Shown one piece after another: positions 48,959 to 59,418 of a stretch of DNA of 64,000 bases. The notes under the pieces are model-generated. The model made no database searches, was not told where the DNA came from, and saw only the letters and a program-made list of their open reading frames with translations. Made by a program: the position numbers and the translations under genes. Position 1 is the first letter of the stretch. Each line of letters starts with the position of its first letter. Source of the DNA: an uncultured Clostridium sp. (lineage in GTDB: Bacteria; Bacillota; Clostridia; TANB77; CAG-508); assembly GCA_945865665.1 (NCBI GenBank), contig CAMBEE010000001.1, positions 71,874 through 135,873 of the forward strand, written 5' to 3'.

Positions 48959-50728
48959 TTAAATTTTATTATCTTCATCTTTTTTTGCTCTATTTATAAT
49001 TAGACAATACATTATGCTTAATGGCATATACATTGGTATAATATATCTAAATTCAGTATTAGATGGTCCCATCAAAACAATTATATAATTAAATATTGAT
49101 GGCAATAATGGAACTAGTAAATAGTATTTTCTTTTATATATAATATAGAAAATTAAGAACATAAGTATCCATAAAGTAAGACCAGCACTAAATAACATTC
49201 CAACTATTGGCAGTTGTCTATTATCTGTAAGTTTATCTAATTTATCTAATAAAGAATTATTTATTAATTGTTTAGTTTCTATTCCAAAATCATTAACAAT
49301 TACACCTTTATCAAATAGTGTTTTATGTTTTTCTGGTAACCAATATCCAGATGTATTGCACAATATAGATTCAATATAATAATTTGGATAATGAGCAAAC
49401 AATTTTATATTTAAAATTACATATTGTAATTTATGTTCTGTCATATATTCTTTTCTAAAATGTCCCATTTCTGGGTCTGCTAAGCTAGGATTATAAGAAG
49501 CGGGTAATTCGTCATATTCTACAAATAAATTTATCTCTTCTCTTTCTTGTTCTGTTAGATTGTCACCATTTAATTTTACAAGTCTTGCCATCGCTTGCAT
49601 TGGAACACATAATAATCCAAATGATGAACTTTGTGCTACATCAAATACTGCAAATGCTATAGTATTTATTAAATATACACTCAATAAAGTTGATGCAATA
49701 AATCCTGTCAATTTTAAATAATTTTTTCTTAATGTTATGTATAAAAATGGTATCAATAATACATATATGTACATTCCATTGTGTCTAACTAATGCAGTTA
49801 GTAACACAAATATAAATGATAAAATCATATAAAATTTTGATTTTATAAAATTATCTTTGTTTGTTACAAATTCAAATAATAATATAAAATCCATTACAAA
49901 TATACTTGCAAATAATGAATCTTTATCTATGCTAATTGCATAAAAAGAAAATACTGGGTTAAAAGCAAAAAATGCTAAAACTAATAAACGTATTTTATAA
50001 TTAATTCCTTTTTTGGCTAAATAATAAATACTATATGAAATTATTAATGCTGTAAACATCATTTTCAAAATTGTGCAAATAGCCATAGAAATATTCAAAT
50101 TATTAAATATTGGCATTGTAATATCAATTATAAGTTTTAACGTTAATGTTGTGCATATAGGGCTTCCATTCCACATTGGACTTGTTCCAAGTGCTTCTTT
50201 TAATTGCTCCAATGTATCAAATCCTATAATTCCAGGAAAATATTTTAAAAAATATGGTAGCCATGAAATAATTAAAATTACAAAAACAACCAATATTGAT
50301 TTTATGTTATTTGTAAATAATTTATATTTTTTTAGTTCTTCAGTATTTTCAATTTTGTCAAAATACGACATTAATATTTTTACTACAGAATATATTATTA
50401 TTAAATAATACATTAATTTTATGCTACTTTGTAAAAAAGCAACATTACTGTATAATATTCCTTCAAGATTACCATAATTTACTATTGAATTTCCTACAAC
50501 CTCAAAAATTGAAAAAATAAATCCTATAATTAAAGAAATTATATTTAGTCTTTTGTCTTTGTTTTCCAAAGCTTTACTAATAAAAAATATAAAAACTATA
50601 AATATTATAAGAACTGAAATTTCATTTCCACTAAACGACTGTAATAAGTCTAAATTTTTATCTAATTTAATATTCATTCCAACTGTAGCTATAGCTGCAA
50701 GAATAACTGCTAAAATATTTCTTATCAT
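48959..50728 (-). CDS. Polytopic membrane protein (glycosyl-transfer or polymerase-like), hypothetical
   Basis: 589 aa with more than 12 TM segments. Confidence 0.55.
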   Translation of the reverse strand: MIRNILAVILAAIATVGMNIKLDKNLDLLQSFSGNEISVLIIFIVFIFFISKALENKDKRLNIISLIIGFIFSIFEVVGNSIVNYGNLEGILYSNVAFLQSSIKLMYYLIIIYSVVKILMSYFDKIENTEELKKYKLFTNNIKSILVVFVILIISWLPYFLKYFPGIIGFDTLEQLKEALGTSPMWNGSPICTTLTLKLIIDITMPIFNNLNISMAICTILKMMFTALIISYSIYYLAKKGINYKIRLLVLAFFAFNPVFSFYAISIDKDSLFASIFVMDFILLFEFVTNKDNFIKSKFYMILSFIFVLLTALVRHNGMYIYVLLIPFLYITLRKNYLKLTGFIASTLLSVYLINTIAFAVFDVAQSSSFGLLCVPMQAMARLVKLNGDNLTEQEREEINLFVEYDELPASYNPSLADPEMGHFRKEYMTEHKLQYVILNIKLFAHYPNYYIESILCNTSGYWLPEKHKTLFDKGVIVNDFGIETKQLINNSLLDKLDKLTDNRQLPIVGMLFSAGLTLWILMFLIFYIIYKRKYYLLVPLLPSIFNYIIVLMGPSNTEFRYIIPMYMPLSIMYCLIINRAKKDEDNKI

Positions 50729-50739
50729 GCGTTTCCTCC

Positions 50740-51531
50740 CTATTTCACTTCATTTGTATCTATAGCTTTACTATAAAATTTCATTAAAAGCTTAGCAATT
50801 GGCTTTGGCCAAAATTTTGAAAACATAATTAAGTCCTCTTCTAATCTGGTGTTATTTTCAATTAAATTGGAGGTTTCTGACCCTTCATGTATTCTATGGT
50901 CCATTAGTTCTTTTGAAATGTACAAAAAGTTTCCTTTAAATTTTGTCATTTGATACCAAGTATCCCAGTCTAAATCGCATTTCAAATCTGTTTTATATGG
51001 TTCTTTTCCCACTATTTTTGTATTTACTGTAACACTTGGACAGCAAATGCTACATCCAAAAGACAATACTCTTCTCTTAATAAATATTGATTTTGGAAAA
51101 ATTTTCAAAGGACTTAATAATATTTTTTTCAATTTTAAATTTTTTGTTAAATTTATTTCTTTATTCTTTTTTATTTCTCTGTAATCAGAAAATGCAATAA
51201 CAAAATCTTTTCCTTTGTTTAAATATTTTACTATTTCTTCTAAATAATTTTCCTTATATATATCATCTTGATGAGCAACTGTTACATAGTCAGTTTTTGT
51301 ATTACTAATTCCAAAATTCCAGTCTTGACCAATTCCAGATTTACCAGTATTTACAAATAATTGTAAATTATATTTTTTAGCCAAGTTTTCTATGTATTCA
51401 TTAGGTGTTGAAGTTGACATTATAATATTACTTTTTACTGTTTGATTTAACACAGATTTTATACATTCTTCTAAGTATGGTGATTCTTTATATGCACATA
51501 TAACAAATGTATGATTTTGAAATTTTTCCAT
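50740..51531 (-). CDS. GT2-family glycosyltransferase
   Basis: FVICAYKESPYLEECIKSVLNQT...DYVTVAHQDD. Confidence 0.8.
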   Translation of the reverse strand: MEKFQNHTFVICAYKESPYLEECIKSVLNQTVKSNIIMSTSTPNEYIENLAKKYNLQLFVNTGKSGIGQDWNFGISNTKTDYVTVAHQDDIYKENYLEEIVKYLNKGKDFVIAFSDYREIKKNKEINLTKNLKLKKILLSPLKIFPKSIFIKRRVLSFGCSICCPSVTVNTKIVGKEPYKTDLKCDLDWDTWYQMTKFKGNFLYISKELMDHRIHEGSETSNLIENNTRLEEDLIMFSKFWPKPIAKLLMKFYSKAIDTNEVK

Positions 51532-51905
51532 TATTTTTCCCCCTCAATATCCTTATCTTTTTTTTCTAATTTTTCAACTCTTTTTTTCAATAATGATATT
51601 TCTTGAATTAGTAATACATTGTTTTGATATTCTTTTGATAATTTTATTGTTAAATTAAATATCAAATAGAAAGCTGTAAATATCGTTATACAAAATAACA
51701 TATTTGATGGAACTTCAAATCCTAACAATTTAGTTAAATCTTCTATAAAATTTGGTATTATAATTGATAAAATTAGTAAAGCTCCACTAATTATCCAAAA
51801 GATAGCAAAAGATAATTGCATCTTTTTCTCTCTTATTTTTTTTAACATTAATCCAACATATATTAAAGTCATAATAATTAATGCTATTTTTAAATTTATT
51901 GCCAT
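51531..51905 (-). CDS. DUF2304-like small membrane protein (GT2 partner)
   Basis: Three TM segments plus a C-terminal coiled coil. Overlaps both neighbours by 1 nt. Confidence 0.55.
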   Translation of the reverse strand: MAINLKIALIIMTLIYVGLMLKKIREKKMQLSFAIFWIISGALLILSIIIPNFIEDLTKLLGFEVPSNMLFCITIFTAFYLIFNLTIKLSKEYQNNVLLIQEISLLKKRVEKLEKKDKDIEGEK

Positions 51906-52633
51906 TATCTTCTTTCCCCTTTCTTTCTAAAGTGCATACTATCTATTATTACAGCTAAAGAGACTTTAACCATATAATCAATACTTTTCCAAACATTTAT
52001 TGATGATTTACCACCTGTTCTTTCATTCATACTTACAGGTACTTCTACAACTTTAAAATTATCCACCAAAACTTCTACTGTTGATTCAGGTTCTGGGTAA
52101 TCTGTAGGATAATCGTTTGCAAATATTTTTATAACATTTTTGTCTATTGCTCTAAATCCTGATGTTGGATCTGTTATTTTCTTATGACAGAATAGTTTTA
52201 TAAAAAATGATATAATATTTTTTCCTAATCTTCTCATAAAAGTAGATTGGAACTCACTAGAGTTTTTATCTAAATATCTTGTTCCAATACACATATTAGC
52301 TTGTCCATCAATAATTGGCTTTGTAATATTAGGTACACAATTAATATCATGTTGTCCATCTCCATCAAATTGAATTGCTATATCATAATTGTTTTCATAT
52401 GCATATTTATAACCTGTTTGAACGGCGCCACCAATTCCTAAATTATGTACTAAATTAACATGATTAAAATTATTTTCTTGTAAAATTTTAAGTGTGTTAT
52501 CTTTTGAACCATCATTAATTACAATGTAATCTACTTTTGTTTCGTTTTTCTTGTTATATTCTTCTATATTTAAGCATACATTTTTGATATTTTCTTGTTC
52601 ATTATATGCTGGTATTATTAATAAAATTTTCAT
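51905..52633 (-). CDS. GT2 polyprenol-phosphate glycosyltransferase
   Basis: ILLIIPAYNEQENI...NDGSKDNT...QFDGDGQHD. Confidence 0.8.
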   Translation of the reverse strand: MKILLIIPAYNEQENIKNVCLNIEEYNKKNETKVDYIVINDGSKDNTLKILQENNFNHVNLVHNLGIGGAVQTGYKYAYENNYDIAIQFDGDGQHDINCVPNITKPIIDGQANMCIGTRYLDKNSSEFQSTFMRRLGKNIISFFIKLFCHKKITDPTSGFRAIDKNVIKIFANDYPTDYPEPESTVEVLVDNFKVVEVPVSMNERTGGKSSINVWKSIDYMVKVSLAVIIDSMHFRKKGERR

Positions 52634-52647
52634 TTACTTCTCCTCAT

Positions 52648-54348
52648 TTATCTTAATATTGACCCTATTAAATTAACTATTATAAATGCTAATTGCATAC
52701 TTGAAATTTTTAATACTATTTCATTATCCTCTTGAGCCTTTAAGATTTTGCTTGATGCACAAATCATAATTAATGAAATAATTGGGAATATATATCTTGG
52801 TTGATATCCTAAAACATAGTTGGCTCCAACTGGTGCACACGCAATATATAATATACCACTTGTAAAACAAAATGTTAGCATAAATGCAGTTAAAAATACT
52901 ATTTTTTCTTTTTTATTAAAATTCCTTGAATCATCCCTTACTGCAACATAAAAATAATATAAAAACATAACCACAAATATATTAGATGAGTTTTGAGCAA
53001 AATACAAATTAGAGTTAAACATTTGTAACCATGTAAAATTAAGTAAACAATTTTTTACTTGATTTTTTATTACGCTTAATATAATTAATGGGTTATGTAT
53101 TGCATTTTTTATTTGCTCAGTTGCATTTACATTTTCATATCTATTGTCTGTTAAATTGATTTTTGGTTGAAGATATAATATTAATAAATTAACAATAATA
53201 AATGCAATTAATATTACAGGTATTTGTTTTTTGTATTTTTTTATAATGTCTTTTAAAGGTAATAAAAACATTATTAGCCCAACAAATATATATGACATTG
53301 ATTTAAACATCAATAACAGTGTATACAAGCATAGTAATACAATTATATTTTTTAATGTTATATTTTCTTTATCATTATACAATTTTAAGAAATATGCTAT
53401 AAACAAAGAAGCTAGTCCAACTCCAATTCCATCAACAGAGTATGTTGATGCAAAACATAAAAACATTGGAATTGTTAATATTATGAAAAACGTATTCTTT
53501 TTATATGGTAATATTTTCAATGCTAATGCTATTAATGCTATATATGTTGCTAAGTTAAAAATTCTACCCATAAAAAATACATCTGCAACACTTCCTTGTA
53601 GTATTCTACCTACAAGTATTCCCAAAGTTGATGGAATATATATTACAGCATTATATGATGTTGGCATAGAATCAACCAAATATTCTTCTGGTAAATTTCC
53701 ATTTTGGAATTCATATTTTTCTCCAAAAAGAGATACAAAAATTGAATAATGTGTTCCTCTAGGTATTTCTTCCATAAATTGTTTATCAACAACAGGATTT
53801 TCAACATCTAAATTTCCATATGATAAATTATATGCAGACATAAAATGTCTTTTTTCATCTAAAATATGATATACATTTACTGTAAAACAAAATATCATTC
53901 CTATCATAAATATTGAAATTAAATTTGTATAATATTTTTTTGTTAACATTTCAACTGACATAAATCCGGTTATTAATGATACTGATATTAAAGCAAAATG
54001 TATTAATGCCAAATCTTGTTTAACTAAAAACTTATATGCATATATTGCAATTGCTACAATTGCTAATAAAACATATAATATCATTACTGTCTTTTTTGTT
54101 TTGCTTTTAAATGATTTGCTTACATCATCTATTATTTTGCTTCTGTTTATAAAGAATATTGCTATTAGTATTCCTAAATATGTAATCCCTCTACATAAAG
54201 AAAAGTAAAATCCTTGAATAGGTTGACGTGTTACTAAATCTGTTGTGAATTTAACATTACAATATCCAAATTCAAAAATTATAAGATTTATAATTATAGC
54301 TATCCAATTAAAAATTTTTATATTTCTTTTACTGAAAATCTTTTCCAT
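52648..54348 (-). CDS. Polytopic membrane protein (DUF2142/GT-C-like), hypothetical
   Basis: 566 aa with more than 12 TM segments. Confidence 0.55.
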   Translation of the reverse strand: MEKIFSKRNIKIFNWIAIIINLIIFEFGYCNVKFTTDLVTRQPIQGFYFSLCRGITYLGILIAIFFINRSKIIDDVSKSFKSKTKKTVMILYVLLAIVAIAIYAYKFLVKQDLALIHFALISVSLITGFMSVEMLTKKYYTNLISIFMIGMIFCFTVNVYHILDEKRHFMSAYNLSYGNLDVENPVVDKQFMEEIPRGTHYSIFVSLFGEKYEFQNGNLPEEYLVDSMPTSYNAVIYIPSTLGILVGRILQGSVADVFFMGRIFNLATYIALIALALKILPYKKNTFFIILTIPMFLCFASTYSVDGIGVGLASLFIAYFLKLYNDKENITLKNIIVLLCLYTLLLMFKSMSYIFVGLIMFLLPLKDIIKKYKKQIPVILIAFIIVNLLILYLQPKINLTDNRYENVNATEQIKNAIHNPLIILSVIKNQVKNCLLNFTWLQMFNSNLYFAQNSSNIFVVMFLYYFYVAVRDDSRNFNKKEKIVFLTAFMLTFCFTSGILYIACAPVGANYVLGYQPRYIFPIISLIMICASSKILKAQEDNEIVLKISSMQLAFIIVNLIGSILR

Positions 54349-54386
54349 AATTTTTATCCGTTTTTCCTTTCATTTATATTTATTTC

Positions 54387-55433
54387 TTATTTTCTAATAA
54401 TTCTACTTTTTGTTGTCCGCTTTTGTTCTATTTTAAAAAGATTTTGGATATTTTTATTTAAAACATACAAAATTTTTGCACATATACCAATAACTATCCA
54501 ACAAGTAATATATAAACATATTGTTTCTGATATACGTAATGTTTTATTTGTAAATGTACTTTCTATTTTCATTATTATATAATGATGTACTAAAAATATT
54601 GCATATGAGTATTTACCTATAATATTAAATATTTTTTGAATATTAATATTTTCAATTTTTTCTCCTATATATCCTAATACAATAAATAAATTATATCCCA
54701 TAAAATTAGCTATTAATACAGTTTTGTTTAAACTACTTGAGCTATTTGGAATCAAATAAGCTATAATTGCTAATATAAGTGTCACTATGGTTTGCCATAA
54801 CTTAAATTGTTTTATATATTTAATAACATACATTCCTAATACAAAACTATATGTGCAAATAATTAAATTTTTATTTATAGGCATTACACCATTTCTATAA
54901 AAAATTAATAGTGCAAAATTTATAATTGTATATACTCCAATAAATGTTTTTGGATACTTATTAACAATTTTTCGTAAAATTGGAAACAGTATATATATAA
55001 ATACTATACAACCTAAAAACCATTCACCTATTAAATAAAATGTCTGTGTATATGGGCTTAAATATCCATCCATTGCTAATAATGATATTCCTAATTTATA
55101 AGTTGGTAAATCCCATATTATTCCTTTACATCCATAAAAAATGTATATAAATACAAGTGTATATGCTATCCAAAACATAGGATAAATTCCTAAAAATCTT
55201 TTCTTAGCATATTTTTTCAAATCTAATTTTTCTCCATAATTATACATTAAAGATGCACCTGATATCATGAAAAATAGTGTTACACCTATCATTCCCCATT
55301 TTCCATTTGAAAAAATTTTAAATCCTGTAATATTATTTTCTGCAAAGTGCACATAAAAATGATATGTTACTATCATAATCATTGATATAACTCTTATAAA
55401 ATCTAAATAAAAAATTTTTTTCTTTTTCTCCAT
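54387..55433 (-). CDS. Acyltransferase family 3 (O-acetyltransferase)
   Basis: YLDFIRVISMIMIVTYHF. 10 TM segments. Confidence 0.8.
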   Translation of the reverse strand: MEKKKKIFYLDFIRVISMIMIVTYHFYVHFAENNITGFKIFSNGKWGMIGVTLFFMISGASLMYNYGEKLDLKKYAKKRFLGIYPMFWIAYTLVFIYIFYGCKGIIWDLPTYKLGISLLAMDGYLSPYTQTFYLIGEWFLGCIVFIYILFPILRKIVNKYPKTFIGVYTIINFALLIFYRNGVMPINKNLIICTYSFVLGMYVIKYIKQFKLWQTIVTLILAIIAYLIPNSSSSLNKTVLIANFMGYNLFIVLGYIGEKIENINIQKIFNIIGKYSYAIFLVHHYIIMKIESTFTNKTLRISETICLYITCWIVIGICAKILYVLNKNIQNLFKIEQKRTTKSRIIRK

Positions 55434-55434
55434 T

Positions 55435-57669
55435 TTATTTTCCTTTTATCTTTCCCTTTATTTTCTTAGATATTTTCCATATCTTTGTATTTCTTAATTT
55501 TTCATATTTGTAAACAACATGTCCATATAATGCTTGATATTGATCAAAATCTTGCTCTCTTGTTTTCGTTCTATATTCCATAAAGCTGTAGACATCCGCT
55601 ACTGCTTTTGTGTTTTCAATTTTAACATTATTATATAATTCGATATAATATTTTTGCATTTCTGTAACTGTCTTAAATTTATAATTTTCAAAATTATTTT
55701 TCTTATTGTTATATTCTTCCTTATTATTACGTATTTCTTCTATTTTTTCAAGTATTTTTGTAGAATTTGTAGAAAAACTTATTGTCCATCCTAGTTCATC
55801 TTTTTTAATCCTATCCCCTACTGCTCCAATATCAAATGTAAGTACTGGTACACTTGCCATATAGCATTCTGTTAATGTATATGAATATGTTTCTGGCCAT
55901 GTTGCAAAAATGCATACCAAGTCAATGTTATTATCTATCAATAATTGAGGTAATTCTCCTCTTCTATATGGTCCATGGTTTATATAATTCTTTTGATTTT
56001 TTGTTAATTCTGGTAATTCAGATTTTCCAAATAAATGTATTTTTATGTTTAAATTATTATTTGTTCTAATTAAATCTTTTAATATGTTTCCACCTTTGTG
56101 GATAGCCATTGCTCCAACAAATGCTACATTAAATGTACTGTTTTCCGCTTTTCTTTCTTTGTTTTTTACTTCTATTACATCAACGCCATGTTCTACTACT
56201 TCAAATTTCAAACCTTTATATGTTTTTTCAAAAATATTTTTTGTGTTTTCAGATGGAACTATTATTTTATCAAACTTTTCTAATATTTTTTTACAGGTGT
56301 TTTTCCAATTTTCTATTATATTACTATTTATACCATATCTATTGTGTAAACATTCTTTGCAATCTTTTTCTTTATCATATTCACAATAAATATCTTTATA
56401 TACCATATTTATTGAAGGACAAATCATATATAAATCATGTAATGTAATTATTGAATATATGTTTCTTTCTTTTGCAACATCTATTGCATCAAACGTTTGG
56501 AATAAGAAATGATGTACATGTAATATATCAATTTTGAAACTATCAAATATATTTTCTAACATTTCTTTATACCTATTATTTGTATAAACTATTTGACCAT
56601 ATTGATTTATATCTGTTTTGTAATTTGCTATTTCTCTCCCAACTTTATCTGTATATAAATATAATTTAAATCTTGATAAATCATTTTTATCTGGTGCTAG
56701 TACAAAACTTGCTATTCCATTTTTGTTATTAGCAATAATTATATCTTTTATATGTAATGATGTTCCTCCTGTCATTTCCATATTTGCTTCCCATTCATTT
56801 ACAAGATACAAAATTCTTTTTTTGCCATATAATTGTATATTTAAGCTTACATTTTCTTGTATATCTCTAATTGGATTATTTGCTAGAAAATTATCTGTTT
56901 TTTGCACATATATTGGATGTTTTTTTCTTAATAAATTCATATGTTCTTCAATTAACGCTGCTCTTGATGCTGTAAGGTTTTCCTTTTTAAAACTTTGTGT
57001 CCCTTTATGATATATAAATGTATTGTCACATAATACATTTGTGTACCCATGGTCTAGAGCTCTATAACAAAAATCATTTTCTTCGCCATATCCTTTTCCA
57101 AATGTTTCATCATCAAATAAACCCAATTCATTTATTACATCTCTTTTAATGTACATGCAAAATCCATTTCCAGTTGTCAATTGTGGATATCTATTTTTTG
57201 ATATTTCTTCTATCATTTTTGCATATTCTTCAAGTGACATATTTTCTGGTAAATCGTTGTCTACTCCAAAATTTGGTACTGATGCAATTGTTCCATTGTT
57301 TGTAAGCGGTGTTACTGTTGCTATATACTCATTTGAATATGCACATTTTTGTATTTTTTCTGTCCATCCCTCTGTAACTTCTGTATCGCTGTTTAATAAG
57401 ATTACATCATTTTCTGAATATTGCATACCTTTATTTACTGTTTTTACAAATCCCATATTTTGTTCATTATCCAAGACTACGATTTTCTTATCTGTGTTTT
57501 CATTTTTATATTTTAATAGCATTGGTAATATTTTTTCGTCTGGGCTTTTGTCATTTATTAATACAAGTGTATGTACTGTTAAATCAGTATTTTTTATTAC
57601 ACTTTTTATACATTCTTCTGTAAATTCATATGCATTATAAATTGGTACTATTATATCTATTGGTTTCAT
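55435..57669 (-). CDS. Two-domain glycosyltransferase (N-terminal GT2 + C-terminal GT4-like)
   Basis: IIVPIYNAYEFTEECIKSV...NDKSPD, then a GT4-like C-terminal half. RBS AGAGAGG before ATG (MKPIDI). Confidence 0.8.
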   Translation of the reverse strand: MKPIDIIVPIYNAYEFTEECIKSVIKNTDLTVHTLVLINDKSPDEKILPMLLKYKNENTDKKIVVLDNEQNMGFVKTVNKGMQYSENDVILLNSDTEVTEGWTEKIQKCAYSNEYIATVTPLTNNGTIASVPNFGVDNDLPENMSLEEYAKMIEEISKNRYPQLTTGNGFCMYIKRDVINELGLFDDETFGKGYGEENDFCYRALDHGYTNVLCDNTFIYHKGTQSFKKENLTASRAALIEEHMNLLRKKHPIYVQKTDNFLANNPIRDIQENVSLNIQLYGKKRILYLVNEWEANMEMTGGTSLHIKDIIIANNKNGIASFVLAPDKNDLSRFKLYLYTDKVGREIANYKTDINQYGQIVYTNNRYKEMLENIFDSFKIDILHVHHFLFQTFDAIDVAKERNIYSIITLHDLYMICPSINMVYKDIYCEYDKEKDCKECLHNRYGINSNIIENWKNTCKKILEKFDKIIVPSENTKNIFEKTYKGLKFEVVEHGVDVIEVKNKERKAENSTFNVAFVGAMAIHKGGNILKDLIRTNNNLNIKIHLFGKSELPELTKNQKNYINHGPYRRGELPQLLIDNNIDLVCIFATWPETYSYTLTECYMASVPVLTFDIGAVGDRIKKDELGWTISFSTNSTKILEKIEEIRNNKEEYNNKKNNFENYKFKTVTEMQKYYIELYNNVKIENTKAVADVYSFMEYRTKTREQDFDQYQALYGHVVYKYEKLRNTKIWKISKKIKGKIKGK

Positions 57670-57700
57670 AATTTCCTCTCTTTTTATACTAATATTTTTA

Positions 57701-59404
57701 TTACACATTTAAGCTTAATCCTGTATTCGTTTTACTTAAATTTGGACTAAAGAATATATCACCTTTTTCGTACATATCATTCCATTTCTTTTGAATCTTT
57801 GTTTCTTCTGATGGTATTTTTTCAGCTTGTCCTAATTTTTTAACTTCAAAAGTAATTATTGGATTTATTACAACTTGTTTTCCAGAAGCTAACATTTTTA
57901 AACATGTATCTATGCTTTGTGCTAGTCCTCTAAAATCGCCTGTAAATCCGCCTGTCTGCATAAATATATCTTTGTCAATCATTGCATATTTTACATATAC
58001 ACAAGATACATTATGAATTATTAATAATCTTTGCATATATGTCCCAACATCTTTTGGTGCACCTTTATATAGAAAATCTCCAGCTCCATTCATTCCTAGA
58101 ATAATTCCACTGTGTTCTACTTGACCATCTTTATTGTACAATTTAGTTCCTACTATTCCAACATTTTTATCTTGGCAAATTCCAACCAAATCTTCTATAT
58201 ATGTTGATTTACCAATTTTATTTAAGTTTTCATCAACTATCATGAAATACTTTCCTTCTGCTTGTATAACAGCTTCGTTATAATCTTTAAATATGTCATT
58301 TGTTGGTCTTATTACTTTTTTAACATTTTCTACATCTTTGCTTGAAATCACAATTACTTCATAATTTTCATAATTTGTATTATTGTCTATTTTTCTAACT
58401 ATTTTTTCTACATCATTTTCAAAGCAATTTCTTCCATCAACTATTATACTAACTTTTGGATTATCTTTTATTGCATATTTTATTTCATAACTTCCTGGTG
58501 TTAAACCATCTGTAACTTCAACATCAGTATCTAAGCTTCTTTTTATATGGTCTTTAATAACCTTTTTTCCAACTTCAAAAGCATATGGTTTTGAATCAGA
58601 ATTTTGCGCCGTTGAATTTTTATGTGCTCTCCAATGATATAAAACCTTAGGAATGTGAACTATATTTTGTGTTAATTCAGATGCTCTTGCTACAATATCA
58701 AAATCTTGGCTTCCATCATATTCACTTCTAAATCCGCCTAGTTTATCCATTAATTCTTTTTTAAATATACTAAAATGGCAGATATAATTTGCACTATTTA
58801 ATGTATATGGTGAAAAGTCTGGTTTAAAGAATACTCCATATCTAGGTCCTTTTGCTGTTTCTAATTTATCTTCATCTGAATATAAAAATTCTACATCAGG
58901 ATCTTCGTTTATTGCTTTTACAACTTCATACAAAGAAAATACTGGTAATAAATCATCATGATCTAATAGTCCTATAAAATCTCCTGTCACAAGTGTTAAA
59001 GCTTCATTTGTATTTCCTGAAATTCCTTTATTTTCGCCTATTATTTTGTATTTAATTCTATTATCTTTTTTTGGATATTCTTGCATATATTTTATTGGTT
59101 CTGGTGAACCATCTGCTAAGCATAATTCCCAATTAGAATAAGTTTGATTTTGTAAACTTTTTACTAATTCCTCAAAGAATTTTTGTGGTGTGTTATATAC
59201 TGGAACCACTATACTAATTTTAGGTTGAATTTTAAACTTAGTGTTTCTTTGTTTTTCTAATTCTTTTTTATTTGGTTCATTTGTATCTATCCATTTTTTA
59301 TATATTCTTTCTTCTTCGTTATATTTTGCAAAAAATTTATTATATATTTTTTTTGCTACTTCTCTTCTTTTTGATCCTTCTGGTAATATTTTTTTAATAC
59401 ACAT
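57701..59404 (-). CDS. Two-domain GT2 glycosyltransferase (rhamnosyltransferase-like)
   Basis: ISIVVPVYNTPQKFFEELVKSLQNQTY..LADGS...DHDDLL. Confidence 0.8.
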   Translation of the reverse strand: MCIKKILPEGSKRREVAKKIYNKFFAKYNEEERIYKKWIDTNEPNKKELEKQRNTKFKIQPKISIVVPVYNTPQKFFEELVKSLQNQTYSNWELCLADGSPEPIKYMQEYPKKDNRIKYKIIGENKGISGNTNEALTLVTGDFIGLLDHDDLLPVFSLYEVVKAINEDPDVEFLYSDEDKLETAKGPRYGVFFKPDFSPYTLNSANYICHFSIFKKELMDKLGGFRSEYDGSQDFDIVARASELTQNIVHIPKVLYHWRAHKNSTAQNSDSKPYAFEVGKKVIKDHIKRSLDTDVEVTDGLTPGSYEIKYAIKDNPKVSIIVDGRNCFENDVEKIVRKIDNNTNYENYEVIVISSKDVENVKKVIRPTNDIFKDYNEAVIQAEGKYFMIVDENLNKIGKSTYIEDLVGICQDKNVGIVGTKLYNKDGQVEHSGIILGMNGAGDFLYKGAPKDVGTYMQRLLIIHNVSCVYVKYAMIDKDIFMQTGGFTGDFRGLAQSIDTCLKMLASGKQVVINPIITFEVKKLGQAEKIPSEETKIQKKWNDMYEKGDIFFSPNLSKTNTGLSLNV

Positions 59405-59418
59405 AATTATACCTCTTT